The notes under the pieces: generated by a model
Databases searched by the model: none
What the model saw: the letters and a program-made list of their open reading frames with translations, nothing else
What the model was told of the DNA's origin: nothing
Position numbers and translations under genes: made by a program
Source of the DNA: Squalus acanthias
Taxonomy: Eukaryota
Reading direction: 5' to 3'
DNA length: 64,000 nt
NCBI GenBank assembly: GCA_030390025.1
Contig: CM059447.1
Coordinates: forward strand, 6,572,001-6,636,000
Shown here: one piece after another, positions 35,664 to 49,600 of the stretch
Position numbering within the stretch: the first letter of the stretch is position 1
How the letters are laid out: every line of letters starts with the position of its first letter

Positions 35664-38600
35664 CTGCAAAATAACAAACTGGAGCTAAAAGAACTATTTC
35701 TGCCATTTTAGAACTGACGAGTGCAGCATCCACACAACATATCAGCATAATGATTAAGGCAGTTGGGGTCCAAAAAAGGTGCCAATGCTGAACAAAAGTC
35801 TAACCAAGAACCTACAATTTAAAACTATGCTCTCAGAGCTTTTATGGTTTGTTTTTTAAAACAGTTTTTTCACTTACATTTTCTATTCTCCCTCCCAAGT
35901 AACTATGACTGCTATCCTTGGTCAGGAGGTTACTGGCACACAGTCTCCAGGCATCCCCATAGTTAACATCAATAGCACTCTAATTGGCTCACTAAGAGGC
36001 AAGAGTTTTGCATTTGGAAAGCTGACAATTAATGTTACAAATCTAAACCTGCAAATTTAGACTGTTCAGACATGCTCAAAACTAATTCTGAGCCATTCTT
36101 GCCCCTCCCTTTACTGAAGCTGCATTATACCCTCACTCAGAATACACGTCCCTAAACTGTAATATTAAGCTCACCCCAATCAAGATATGATATACCACAT
36201 GTGTAACATCTTGGGGAGGGGGAAGAGAAGGGAAAATCACTGCCTTTATTACAGCACTTGTAACAACCATATGGAATGGAACTCATCACTGAAAAGGCAG
36301 ACCAGAAGCTTTTTTTAAAAATATATAAATATGCAACATGTGAAAATTTATTTAAAATTATGTACAAAGAGTTCAATTTTGGTGACTTCATTTTAAAATG
36401 TTATAGAAGTGCTGCTCCAAAGGGCTTTGCCCAAGTAGTCTGATCCTCAACATACTGGACGACATAGGGACATGAAAGTGATGCAATAAGACACACCTTT
36501 AGGATCCTATCCAGAACATCATCAAAGCTGGTCAGTACAAGTGTGGAAGTAACTACTATACAGCACCTACAGAACTTAGAAATCTATTCAAGACTAGTAA
36601 CAGATACTAATATGGTAGTTTGTGTGTGACGTAGTAGTTTAGTTCCTTTAGATTGTTATATTTCAGAGTGTAAGAAAGCACATGTTGCAATTTGGTTAAG
36701 TTTTTTCCAACTACAACAGCAGATTCTCTAACAATGCTTTCACATTAGGCAAGTGCAATTTACAACTGACATGCAGTTCCCCCTCAGTTAACAACACTTC
36801 CTGAAACAAACAAACTGATGTCCATACAGCCGACAGTAACACAGACCAACATTTTGTCATCAGAATAATCTCTTCCTTCTGTGGCCTGCTAAACACACTG
36901 AACCAGTTCAGTGCATCACCATGCTGGTGTCATGCCACAAAGCAGCACAGAATGTGCGCGCAGGAATATATGGGACAAGTTCAGCATCAAAAATCAGCAA
37001 TACCAATCTTAAGCCTTTAAGTTGAAAAGAAAATGCAACTCCACTGTCAATACATTTGGCGAACATAACTATTTAAATTGCTTTACGTTGTAATTGAAAT
37101 GTACTCTTGAAGACGTCATCAAATCCAAGACCTTTTTACGCGAGCACCTCTAGGCTCCCATGTGCAGGCAAGAGATTGTGAAAATGCCTCAAACCCTTCC
37201 AGCTTCACAAACAGGACCTGGAATCTAGTCAGCTCACAAACCCATGAATCAGAATGAAGGCCAGAGCCTCCAAAACAACCCCACTAAACTCCCAAAGAAG
37301 GCCAACAGAGGCCCAGGAACACCCCGCAGTAGTCCGTGCCACTCTGGAAAAACTCGCAGGACCCATCAGCCCTTTTCCCATTGTGATACTCCCAGTTGCG
37401 TTCACTGTGGGTGGATTGCAACTGGGATAAGAAAGGTGTCATCAGACTAGGTCAGTTCCTCAATAGGGGATATAGCTGGTGTAGGAATTCCTTCTCCCCA
37501 AACGTGACCAGTATCATTATACGGTAACTCCACTCCTCAACCGACCCCATAAACACATCCCTACCTTTTGCTCCAGTTAACAAATCAGAAAACCAGATGG
37601 AGGCCTAGAAATGAGACTTGGGTCACTAGATAGAAAAGGATTGGAGACAGATATGAAAGCAAGCCTTCACAACTACCACCTGTAGCAGAATACAAGAGGA
37701 TCAGTTTAAGATAATGTATTGAGTGCACTGCACTGATAGTTCAAAAATTCCACCCTCCCTGGAGGATAAACTACTGAAGGAGTTGAGGTCAGAAATGCAG
37801 ACTGCAACACATATTCTGGTCAGACGTCTGGACAGGACTCCGGAAGGCCACAGAGAACATGATGGGACTCAATTCCTGCAGGCTGAGCCTGTTCCTATTG
37901 GACCTATCCTCTATATAAAAAAATAGTTCCTCTACCAATTCTTAAGCTGATGTCACTACTATCCACAAGAAGATGTATTCTCCCTCCCCACAACAAACAT
38001 GTAGGTGAAATACTTTTGGGACATATACCAGTCAGCATGGGAACGTATGGAGCCTCTCTGGAAGCTCCAAGCAATCCGGAGCCTTTTCCTGGAATCCTAC
38101 TTTACCCAGATCTCCCCACCCACACTGTACCACAAGGAAGAAATAATGGGTCAACTTGGAAAGCATGCAAGTTGTTGTTGTTGTTGTATGGCTTGGAGAC
38201 AACAGGGGAAGAGGAAAGAAAGAATGTGGGGCTCATTTTATTGCAAAAAAACCACACAACATAAAAAGATACTTATATGCTCACAAAGCACTGTAGCTGA
38301 TTCAGTTACAAAATCTAATTATCATTTCCATGTCTGCTTGTGCCTAATGCAATCCAAAACAACAGCTAATTCAAGTTAGACCAATCTTGGGTGGTTGGAG
38401 TTTTCATACCAGGTACAATAGTTAGGTAAACATCTACAAAATGTATCACTAACTTTTGAAGAGTTTCTGATACATTTACCCATAGTAGAAAATCTCATTC
38501 CATTAACAAGGTTACCACATTTATCTCAATATAATGCACCTTCTTGCCATGCAATAACAAAATTATTTTTCAAGATGGCCGTTGTACAGTACTGGAAACA

Positions 38601-40977
38601 TTCGTCAACCATGGAGAACATCACAGTTAAGCCCAATTCCGCTCACGGCACACCTTTGTTGTTGGTAGATGAAGCAGGTATAAATAGAAAGTCTGTTTGT
38701 AGCCGTTGCCAAAATTCACCTCGGTTTCTATGCAAAGTTGGCCACTCCCAAACGATGTCAAAATATCCTCGCACAAACAAAGTTGTTATTCATATAGTGT
38801 CCTCAAACAATACACGTCTATATTTAGCACTGCCCTCTTATGGCAAAACCAATGAAATTTCAAAGTGTATGTTGTAATAAACCGTAAACAAGGAAGGAGA
38901 CATCAGAGTAGATTTTTAAGCTACAATGGTTGCTGTAGGTTGTGATGTGTAGACAGGTAGGTCTGGGTCTTAACCTTACTCTTGGCTGCCATTTGCACTT
39001 GGGCTTCTCTCAGATTTTATCTGGGTCACTGCCATAACTAAGCAGAGGTGTCAATGATGAAAAGGAAAAGGAAAAGGAAGGGGGGTAGGAAATCTGTGTT
39101 TCCCCTGGGGTCACACTTCACCTACAATTAGGATTAGGATCTGAGCGGCTCCTTGGGATGGAAATTAGAGTTTCATTGATGGGCTTAAATGTTTTTTTTT
39201 ACATGAATATATAGATAGACGTACATTTGACACATTTTTATCTTGGCTTACCTAGTGGTGCTAAAGACTTATTTAGTTCAACTTATTTTGTTCCTTATCA
39301 TCCACTGGTCAGTCACTGAAAAGGCAGCTGGGTGATCTGCTGACAGCTCTAGGATTTTGTTTGATTTGCTCTTTATTGGGCACTGGGCCGTGCATTACAA
39401 CAAAGATGGCCAGCTGGCCGGCATCCGTACCAACACTAGAAACTAAGGCTGTGATTCAAACCAAGGTCTCCCAGGCTGAAGCAGAATACATTTATGCCTA
39501 TTTTCCTTAAACCCGAGCTGAAATTAAGCTATGAACAACAACTCTGGCATTTTATTTCATACAATATAAATTACATTACAAAACTGGGAATAACATTCTA
39601 CATAGGAAAATAGTTAAGATTTGATCTTAAGTGGCATTGATTAAATGAAGAGTACTGCAGCTGCAAAGCGTGCAGAACCAGAACGGCTTTGCATGTTTTT
39701 TCCCCATTAGCTCCCTTGTGACTTGCAAATCAAAGATATTTGCAAATTTTAATATTCCTCTCTGTTTTTAAAAATAAATTAAGTTGTCCTATTTTGCTAT
39801 GGATACATCCTGAAAAAAAGTATAAAAGCCAGAACAGTTTAACATTACCTCAGTATATATATATATATTTTTTTTTTAAAGAGTTCTATTAAAATCCCTG
39901 TTTGTATGTTCTTATTTGCAACTCTAAAAATAACACTACATAATGTTATCACTGAGCACTATCACATGCCCAGTAGAGAACTGCAGGTGCAAAAGGAGTC
40001 ACGTCAGCAGTGCGAGAGGTGCCTTAGTGGTTCCAATAAGCACACACTACCTGAAACACATAGCTGCGGTGACGCAGGAGATTGCAGAAACTCTGACTTT
40101 CAACCCGTACTGTCGGAATCAGTACTGTGCTGAGGTAACGTGCATCAGGCTTCACAAAAACATGCTTTGAATAAAATAAAGACCAGAGTTTGTAGTACTG
40201 GAGAAGTTTTGAAAGCACAACCTGTGGGCGCTGTGTCACAACGCTTTACAAGAAAACTGCTTTGTTCCCATCCACTCCAGTGTCCAAACTGCTGACAAAC
40301 ATTTTTATCCAGTAATGCTCAGCAAAATATTATATCAGAAGGTGCTAGCACAAATTAAACCGCTTAAGTGAATTTCAGTGTTGTGCTGCAGGTGGTGAAG
40401 ATCAATTATTCCACATCAATACCAGCCCATACTTTGCTGAATAAACTGGAGCTTTCTACAATTAAAACAACAAATTCTGAGACCATACTTGAAGGTTCTG
40501 CAGATAGAAATAACAAGTTGAACTTCATTAAAAAAAAAAGTTAGCCACAAAACTGCATTTGCACAGGTCAGACTGTCCTTTTAGGTGCCGAAGACATTAC
40601 ACCACAAAACCATTTTTGTTTCCTTTTTTGAAAAGATATATTTTCAAAGAAAGGCCTTGAAAGTAGGGAGACACACTCCCAACCTTGCGTCCTCCGCTGG
40701 TTAAGCGAGGAATGTGAAATTGCGGGATGTGTTTTTAGTAGTTCCTATGGCTGACAAGGCTCCAATTTGTTTTCAATAGATACTAATAGTGGGCGAGCAG
40801 GGGAAAGCAGAGTTCACACATTGAGGCGTTGTATGTGATCATTCCTCCCAACACTGCTGTAGAGAACAGCAATTTTGCCAACTTGGTGCACTAGATGCAG
40901 CATTGTGGCCTCATAATATTGCTGGAGCACCGCGATAACACCAAGAAAGTGTTTCTCAGTCGGAACTGAAGTGCAAC

Positions 40978-41712
40978 TTTTATTGCTAGGGGGATAGAAT
41001 ATAAAAACAGGGAGGTATTGCTGCAGTTGTATAGGGTATTGGTGAGACCGCACCTGGAGTACTGCATACAGTTTTGGTGTCCATACTTAAGAAAAGACAT
41101 ACTTGCTCTCGAGGCAGTACAAAGAAGGTTCAGTCGGTTAATTCCGGGGATGAGGGGGTGGACATACGAGGAGAGGTTGAGTAGATTGGGACTCTACTCA
41201 TTGGAGTTCAGAAGAATGAGAGGCGATCTTATTGAAACATATAAGATTGTGAAGGGGCTTGATCGGGTGGACGCGGTGAGGATGTTCCCAATGATGGGTG
41301 AAACTAGAACTAGGGGACATAATCTTAGAATAAGGGGCTGCTCTTTCAAAACTGAGATGAGGAGAAACTTTTTCACTCAGAGGGTAGTGGGTCTGTGAAA
41401 TTTGCTACCCCAGGAAGCTGTGGAAGCTACTTTATTAAATAAATTTAAAACAGAAATAGACTGTTTCCTAGAAGTAAAGGGAATTAGGGGTTACTGGGAG
41501 CGGGCTGGAAATTGGACATAAGTTTGAGTTCAGATCGGTCAAGGCCCTGTGGGTGGCGGAGCGGGCCCAGGTGGCCTGGTCCTGCTCCTACTTGTGTTCT
41601 TTAGAGTTGAGGTTGGATCAGATCAGCCATGATCTCATTGAATGGCGGAGCAGGCTCGAGGGGCCGATTGGTCTACTCCTGCTCCTATTTCTTATGTTCT
41701 TATGTTCTTATG
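40978..41712 (+). mobile_element. Young 5'-truncated CR1-clade LINE (HER1-like)
   Basis: ORF 41018..41398 LYRVLVRPHLEYCIQFWCPY...RRMRGDLIETYKI...TRGHNLRI; tail (CTTATGTT)n. Confidence 0.95.
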
Positions 41713-41916
41713 CACCTACTCTGAATCAGCATTTAAAAAAAGGGTTCAATAAAGAGTACACAACAGTAATTAAGCTTTGAACTGCATTGTGTGCATGAAT
41801 GGTTAAAACCAAATTCAAATCAATTTGGCAAATAAACACAGTGATGTGCAAGCTCAGTTCTAATTCTGGAATGTCTGCTTGCTGCACATTGCACTTAGAC
41901 TTATAGTATTGTATCA

Positions 41917-41970
41917 ATGCACAGTGTAAAGGAAGATATATTTATGCACAGTGTAAAGGAAGATATATTT
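41917..41970. repeat. 27-bp tandem duplication
   Basis: atgcacagtgtaaaggaagatatattt x 2. Confidence 0.9.
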
Positions 41971-43396
41971 AATAATGTATGTCCTCTATATCTCCAGGCA
42001 CAGCTTCAGAGAGAATTTTTTTCAAGACCACGTTGCTCCCAATTCACTGCCTTATTTGTCTTAAATCACACCTGATTCTGCAAAGGATGAATTCAGCTGC
42101 AATAATTACCCCATTTGGTTGGTTCACCTGGAATCTCAAATCTCACTTTCTCAAAAGGGTGCAAAAAAAAAATGAAAATATTAAAATAATTCAATATTCT
42201 AGCAGCCTGAAGGGAACTACTTTCCCCTAAAAAATACTGCCGTTACTCTCTTGGCCATTTTGGTGAATGGCATCTTAAGTCTCTATTTAGCATCTACACA
42301 TCATTTCTTCACTAAGCTTGTTTTGACAGTTCTTGCAGTAGCTTCTGCTGGCTGGGATTCCCAATGAAAATCAGTATAGTATACTGCTGACATCACGCCA
42401 CCTATACCCGGCAAATTGCAAGGCTCCACGTCTCATTCATTTCAACAACGGAATCATTACCTTATAAAGGCAGCTTATTGTTGATAGTTGTGCTTCTTCT
42501 GTTTAAGAGTAGTGTATAGACTACATATACTTTATAAAATCACACCCCACACCAAAAAAAAAAAATCGGGGGATATCCTTCCCTTGTTGAGATTATTTTA
42601 ATTTGTTCTGTTAAAGATGCAAAACATACTGTGCCTGCCTGCACATAACATCAGGAGATTCAACGTTCATTTTTTTTGGTTAAATATCAGCTCGACAATA
42701 CAGAAATGTATACAAGCTGTACAGTCATTCCCACCACCCCCCAATACACATTTCTTCTGGAAAATTATGCATGTGACATTACTGCACCAGTATGTTCACT
42801 TCCCAAAGATCCCAGGTGTTTCAAGGTCAACATTATCATGTGTCCATACACTGGGCACCCAGATAGTGCTGGCAAAGATCAGGAAGTACTTTAGACACTT
42901 GTCTTGTTGGGCTACTTGCCCCCTCAAACTTGAGTTAGTAAACTAACATCACTCCAGTTCTCACAGTGAGAGAAGAAGTGATTAAAGCATTACTGGGAAC
43001 TTGACTATCCCAGCTTTCCTTGTACCAAGGCAAGAGGGATCAGAGGCATGGAACAGGCAGAAGCAGCAAAATGGGGAAATGATCTTCTCCCAGCATGGAG
43101 TCTCACTCAGCAGGAGCATAGCTCTAAGAATCAAGAATGAATGCTCCCAGCCCAATTTGCTTTTAGAAAAAACAGAAAAATCAGGAGTCCTGCAAATGGC
43201 CCACGCTGACTCCAGGTTCAACTTTTCAATCTGCACTCCTATCAAGGGAGACTCTGGAGAGGAAGCAGAGGCTCCAAAAATGTACCAAATGAAATAAAAT
43301 CTGAGAGTTCAAAACACTACCTGCCTCTTACAGCATCTCCAAGCTATATGCACTGCAACCCCTAGATACCATTTTAAGGGAGTCCTGCATCTAGTT

Positions 43397-43616
43397 AGAA
43401 GGAAAGACTTGCATTTTTATAGCGCCTCTCACAACCTCATGACGTCCCAAAGCGCTTTACAGCCAATGAAGTACTTTTGAAATGTAGTCACTGTTGTAAT
43501 GTAGGAAAACACGGCAGCCAATTTGTGCACAGCAAGCTCCCACAAACAGCAGTGGGATAATGACCAAATCATCTGTTTTAGTGATTTTAGTTGAGGGATA
43601 AATATTGGCCAGGACA
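43397..43616 (-). mobile_element. Deu-domain SINE (SacSINE1-like) 3' part
   Basis: Reverse complement gtcctggccaatatttatccctcaac...ctgtttgtgggagcttgctgtgcacaaattggctgcc...aaatgcaagtctttc. Confidence 0.8.
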
Positions 43617-44729
43617 TTAATTGGGAAACATCTTAAAACGTAGACCCCCTCATTACAACTCAGGCAGGTAAAAGCTGTGCACTTCATTGAACTGGACTGC
43701 AAAAAATTGCGAGATTGTTGTGGTTAGTCAAACTTCTGTAAAGCCAGTAACATTTCCATCACCGCAGTGTATTAGCTTTAACGGTGTTGCATTTCATCTT
43801 CCATTTTGATAATGGCTGATGTAGTAAATCTGCGGTTATCACTTGCTTCATCAATCTGCAAACCCAATTTGATCAATCCTTCATATCTTACTTCAGACCA
43901 ATCAGGATCATTTTTCTTCTGTCACTTTTCATAGGCATAGATTGCTGTCAAAAAAATCCTCATGGAGAGATAGCCCAATATTGCCAGAACTAAAGAACTG
44001 ACTGTAGGAATGTGGTTTCATTTGATACCTTGCCAGGTCAGAGTGGGAAAAGGTTTAAATTGCTTTCCAATGAGGAGCATATTTAAACTTTTCAAAATTA
44101 TATCTCTATGTGGACACATGCACACAATATTGCTAAAAGAAATTTTCAGGGAAATGTAACTTGGGCTCAGATCAGTAAGTGCCCAGTTTATTTAAGGCTG
44201 TGGGAAGGTTTACCTTTTTAGACAACCACAAATGAAAGTTGTTTGTTGCAGTTTGTAACAGGGAGATTAGGGCTTCCTTAGTTTCTTAGCTATGGCGGTC
44301 ATCTGAGGCAGAACTTTCACAAGACTGAATGATGCCTGGAATCCACCATCACTGGTAAAACAGGACTACAGACAGGTAGCACAAGTGATATGGAAATGAA
44401 TACATTAGAAGATTTTAGATTTCGATAAACTCAGTATTTGTATTGCAATGTTCTGTATTATATACAGGGAGTATCTGAATCCATTTTTTTTTAAAAAAGT
44501 ATTATTTTTCAATAAAACACTTTTGCTCATCAGGTGAGAACATTTTTTAATCCCAGTAAATCCCCAAGTACAAGGCTATAATCTTGTTAATCTCCCTCTT
44601 TATTTCCCCGTTATGGAACATGGAGTCATGCAACAAAATTCAGCAGCAGTTCAGAGAAAGTATGAGGGGGTCTGGTAACAAAAGGTACAAAGTGCTAAAC
44701 TTTGAGGGAGAAATGGAATAAATTATGTG

Positions 44730-45180
44730 ACCAACCTTGTGGTCCTTCTCTGAACTGCTTCCATAGACTGAATGTTTTAGTGACTAGAACTGAATGCAGT
44801 ATTCAAGGCGCAGACTGACGAGAGCAATGTACAGTGGCAGCAGGACAACCTCAGGCTTGAACTCGACTGATTTGGCAATATAGCTCAGCATTCTGTTTGC
44901 TTTGCTAATGCTGCTCTGCAATGACAACATGGTCAGAGTTAAGTCCATCTCTCCCAAATCTCTTCTAGTCCCTTCCCTAGTTAGTATGCATCATGTCATA
45001 AGTATGTCACGTCACCATTTTTTCTTCCAATATCTAAGACTTTATTGCCATTACATGTACTGAATTTCATCCGCCATAGTTCTGCCCTTACAAATAGTGA
45101 CTAAATTCTTCTGTAATTCTTTGGTTACTTCATTAGAGTCTATTATCATCTTAGTCTAGTATTATCTGCGAGTCTAACCA
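44730..45180 (-). mobile_element. Highly decayed CR1 ORF2 fragment
   Basis: Reverse strand reads LPLYIALVSLRLEYCIQF-like motif around 44790-44845. Confidence 0.55.
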
Positions 45181-45744
45181 ACCCAACCAAACAGACCACC
45201 TTTTAAACCAGGTTTGACACTGTACTGCAGTTATCCTCCCCGGGGAGTCAAACCCAAAAGCTGTGAGACTGCCTCCCCCCCAGGGGTGTCTCAGCACTTC
45301 TTTTTGGAATTGGGGTGGGTCCTAATTCTGGAGGTGTACTGACTGTCACTAGGAAATGGAAACTGTTTTGTGGTAATGTTAAAGTTGCAGTATAAATGCA
45401 TACTCAAGAGGCCTATTCTGCAGGAAAGTGCCTGTGTGTGGACAGCTGAGCACAGAATCTGGCTCAGCTGTGATGCCATCCATGATCAGTACCACACTGC
45501 ATTATAATCCTGAAACTCCCTACCCAACAGCATGGTGGGAGTACCTTCACCACGCGGACTGCAGTGGCTCAAGAAGACCCGCCACCACCTTCTCATGGGC
45601 AACTAGGGATGGGCAATAAATGCCGGCCTTGAGAATTTTTTTTAAATGACCATGGTCCTCCATTACGTTCAGTATCTTAGAAGTGCTTGGTCTATTAGTA
45701 ACTAGATGAGATCAGAAAGCAAAGTCTTTCAGTTGTTTCCACCA

Positions 45745-45819
45745 TCTCATAGTTAATAGATTGCCCCTCTCATAGTTAATAGATTTCCCCTCTCATTGTT
45801 AATAGATTTCCCCTCTCAT
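45745..45819. repeat. Tandem repeat, 23 bp x 3
   Basis: tctcatagttaatagatttcccc. Confidence 0.9.
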
Positions 45820-46253
45820 TTCAACTGAAGTTTTTTTTTTGACGCCGGTAATAATTTATTTTGGTTCTTTTTACTAAGTTACAATTTATATCTATCAACT
45901 GAGGTCAGCGAGAGGTCAACACCACTTGATAAACTAACCTGGTCGACCATAAAAATGTGGTTAATCTTATCAGCAGTCCTACTGGAGTGCTAATGCAAAC
46001 AAAAGCAAGAACAGGCTCTTCATGGCCAGTGCGAGCCCCACTTCAGATGTGCTTCACTGCATTATGGAGCATAATAATGCTCTCAGTCAAATGGCAGATG
46101 TGTGAAAATAAGCTAGCTATTCAGAAAACATTGCGGTCCGTTTTAATGCCAATAAGCTCAATACAAGTACGTGATGTGATGAGTTACTCAAAAATGAATT
46201 ATCTCTGCAGAGAAATTAACTGAAAGGAAGTTTCATTTAAAACAAATACATTA

Positions 46254-46691
46254 GGGCAACACGGTGGCATAGTGGTTAGCACTGGTGCCTCACAGCGCCA
46301 GGGACCCGGGTTCGAATCTGGCCTCGGGTGACTGTCTGTGTGGAGTTTGCACATTCTCCCCGTGTCTGCGTGGGTTTCCTCCGGGTGCTCCGGTTTCCTC
46401 CCACAGTCCAAGAATGTGCGGGTTAGGTTGATTTGGCTATGATAAATTGACCCTTAGTGTTAGGGGGGGATTAAATATGTGGGGTTACGGGGATAGGATG
46501 GGATATGTTAGGGGGAATTAAATACGTGGGGTTACGGGGATAGGGTGGGATATGTGTCGGTGCAGGCTCGATGGGGATTCTGTGTGAGAAAGCAGGGACA
46601 GGGTACTGGATTTGGATGATCAGCCATGATCGTATTGAATGGCGGAGCAGGCTCGACGGGCCGAATGGCCTACTCCTGCTCCTAGTTTCTA
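46254..46691 (+). mobile_element. Full-length V-SINE (HE1-like): tRNA head, V domain, CR1-derived tail
   Basis: A box tggcatagtgg, B box ggttcgaatct, V domain gtgtggagtttgcacattctccccgtgtctgcgtgggtttcctccggg, tail shared with CR1 at 41620-41712. Confidence 0.92.
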
Positions 46692-49600
46692 TTTGTTAGA
46701 TTTTATACAGCAAATGACAACCTGTGAAAACTAAAAGTGAGGTTTTGTATATGTTTACTGAATGTGCAAAACTCAACAGCTACACTGCTGGTAACAATGA
46801 AGAGTATTAACCACAATGCTCACCCGCCACCCTCCTCCTCCACACCTTCCTCCTCCACACCCTCACTGTTCAAAAAAAAAGTTAGCTATGTGTGTTCAAC
46901 AAAATTTCTCTGGTTATGGAGGAATTTTTGAAAGCTTTGCTCTCAAGAGGTCATCCAAATCCTGAGTAACATACTTCCAGCCGTTGTTTATTCTCTATGA
47001 ATTGTAGAAATTGTTAATCACATAACTGTATTATACTCAATGGGCGTTAGCGAGCCTGTCACTTCACCACCTGGGAATGTAAGTTATCACCTCCTGGTTT
47101 GCATGACCTGACACGCTATCTGGTGACTTTGATAAAACTATTTAATAGAATTACTCAATGCTGTGCCTGGTAAAATACAATTCTGAAGGAAAGAATTTCT
47201 TTTTATTAAACTGATGTGCAAAATGGATACTGCGTGTTAAGAAATTGCCTCAAATCACAATGGATTATTGTGGCCTTTGCCATAAATTACATTCAAAAAG
47301 TCTCCATTTTCATCAGTTTAGATAGCGTCAGTACATTAAGAGTTTGGATTTAAAAATCACAAGTCCCATCACTGCCCTTCTTCCCTCACTGTTTCCAATT
47401 GGAGTTTTAAAGTGGCTTTGAGTAAACGGTTTCTCCTTCACTGTAGTGATGTACTTTGAGTAAAGGTCGGATTCTGTTTAGCAATGTATTCACTTGCTGG
47501 AATGGAAAAGCCAGCTGACAAAAAAAAGTTTTTAAAATATGACAATGTTCTTTTAAAAATATTTAATTAGCTGTTTTTATTTAAGAAAAGGCACATCAGT
47601 GGAATTTGAAATTGATCAAAAGCAGAAGCCATTTATCAGAGAAACAAACTATTAATGGAAAATAGGTATAAAGAGATGAGAAAGCAAGACAGGAGAAAGA
47701 AGAAAATAAACTGAAAGAAAAAAAAGAGTAATGCCAAACAGAAAGGAAGCTACAAAAGTGACAGAGCAAATTACAGTATGCAAGGCAGGAGAAATAATGA
47801 ATTATAAAAGTCAAGAAACTAAACCAGGGCAATAAAACAAGGAGAAAAAAAAAAATCACAGGTAAACTTCACTTGCAGATTCATAGAAGCTATGGCCTTC
47901 GACCTACAGGGTCTGCAATGCTGGTGGAATGTAAAGAAAATGCAAGTGGATGGAAGGGGGAAAGTGTTGCATAACACTGGAAATAAAAGTATCTTCCAGG
48001 CAATGCTGGAGAACCCTTCAAAAACATTAAATTAAAGTAATCCAGGAGAATGTTACATTTTAAAACACTTTCCCGTTGAGTTATATAGCTAACTTTTTGC
48101 ATTCTATTATTTTGCCTCCCCAATTCTTCCTCACACCACTCATCAGATTTGGCCTAAAGGACATACTGGAGTCCTATCCTTCTCCCAGATCTTCACCAAT
48201 GCCACTCTGTATCCAGATGCCAAGAAGTGCACAAGATAACCTCATGGTGACCAGATCTGACTTTGCACACCCCGCCCTCCCTTTTCCTGTGGGGAAGTGA
48301 CAGGCCTTTACTCGGCATCTCCCCATGTTTGAGATTAGCTGTTCACAGTATGTTGGAGCTCTGACACTACACAAGTGTAGCACCCTCAAGCTACCTTCTT
48401 ACATAAAGAACAATCATTTTTGCAACAGTTTTACGTTATCTCCACCGTTCAAAACTCTTGCAAAGTATTATAAGCCATTGTAATTTAAAAGCTTATAATA
48501 CTTTGCAAGATCATGTTGAAGAACATATATAGTGGAAGCAAAATTTTAGCTAACCTATTCAAAAGGAGAAAATCAAATAAGAAATCTAATTTACTATTTA
48601 CACAGTTGGGATGGCGATACAAATATATTACAAATCACTTCAACTCCCCCTCCCTTTACAAGGGGAAATCTGTAATAGCAAGAAAAACAAATCAAATAAA
48701 TTATTTAAAATGTAATATATTTTGGAAAATTTGACCAGTGGCAATGGCTGGAATATAGAATATTTTGTAGCAGTGTTTCATTTTACACTCACCCCCTCTG
48801 ACTCAGGGTCAAACATGCAACTACTGAAACCTGTTCAGCTTTTAAATTACAATGTGACATGAATTGCCTCTGTGTTGACAGCTTCCAAGCATCAGTAGAT
48901 GGGTTCTAGAAAGGATGCTATATTGTATGCATCACAACATATACCCCTTCATCTTAATCTGTTAAGGCACTTAGGTTACAAACTCATAAGTAGTTCAACT
49001 ATGGTTAAGCTTCTCACTTCACATCTTGTGACCAGCTGAAATGCAACTCCACCAGTCATACAAGTTCAGCAGTTTTCATCTGGCATGCAAAAGGTAGTCA
49101 CACTGCTGGCACATTTTTACCTCTCAGAGGGAGGTAACCTGATGGAGCAAGCTGTCTCAACCAACGTTCCATATAAGCTGTGCGGTTTGCTGGTCCCGCG
49201 CAGCCCGGGACCGGCTTTTTCAATATTAAGTTTCGCGCATGCACGAAACTGTGAATGGGCCGTGCAGTTAAACAGGCCGCGCACCCCAAAAAATTTAGGG
49301 GGGGGGGGGGGGAACATTGGTCTCAACCAAGGGCAAAGTGCACTGTCTGCATGGTAGAGTAGTACAGTCTTCGAAATCACAGAGACCTCTGTGCCTCACT
49401 TGCTCCTACTCCCAGCTCAAGATAATGAGATAAAATTAGCAAAAAAAGTTAGGGTGACAATAAAGCAGGGGGACTCATTTTATATTCATGCTGACTTTTT
49501 GCTCACTACCAAACAAATTATACTGCGATGTCTGAAGTCCATGAGAAATTTGGGGGTGGGGAGAAAGCAGAGAAGAAAAAAACCAGGCGGGAAAATTAGG

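Noticed and set aside
41018-41398. Functional protein-coding gene
   Set aside because: C-terminal fragment of CR1 ORF2 in a 5'-truncated copy with a premature stop
46254-46330. tRNA gene
   Set aside because: It is the tRNA-derived head of a V-SINE, followed directly by the V domain
48793-48830. 38-nt cassette exon with strong GTGAGT donor
   Set aside because: No pyrimidine tract, frameshifting, no similarity to BAIAP2 exon 3
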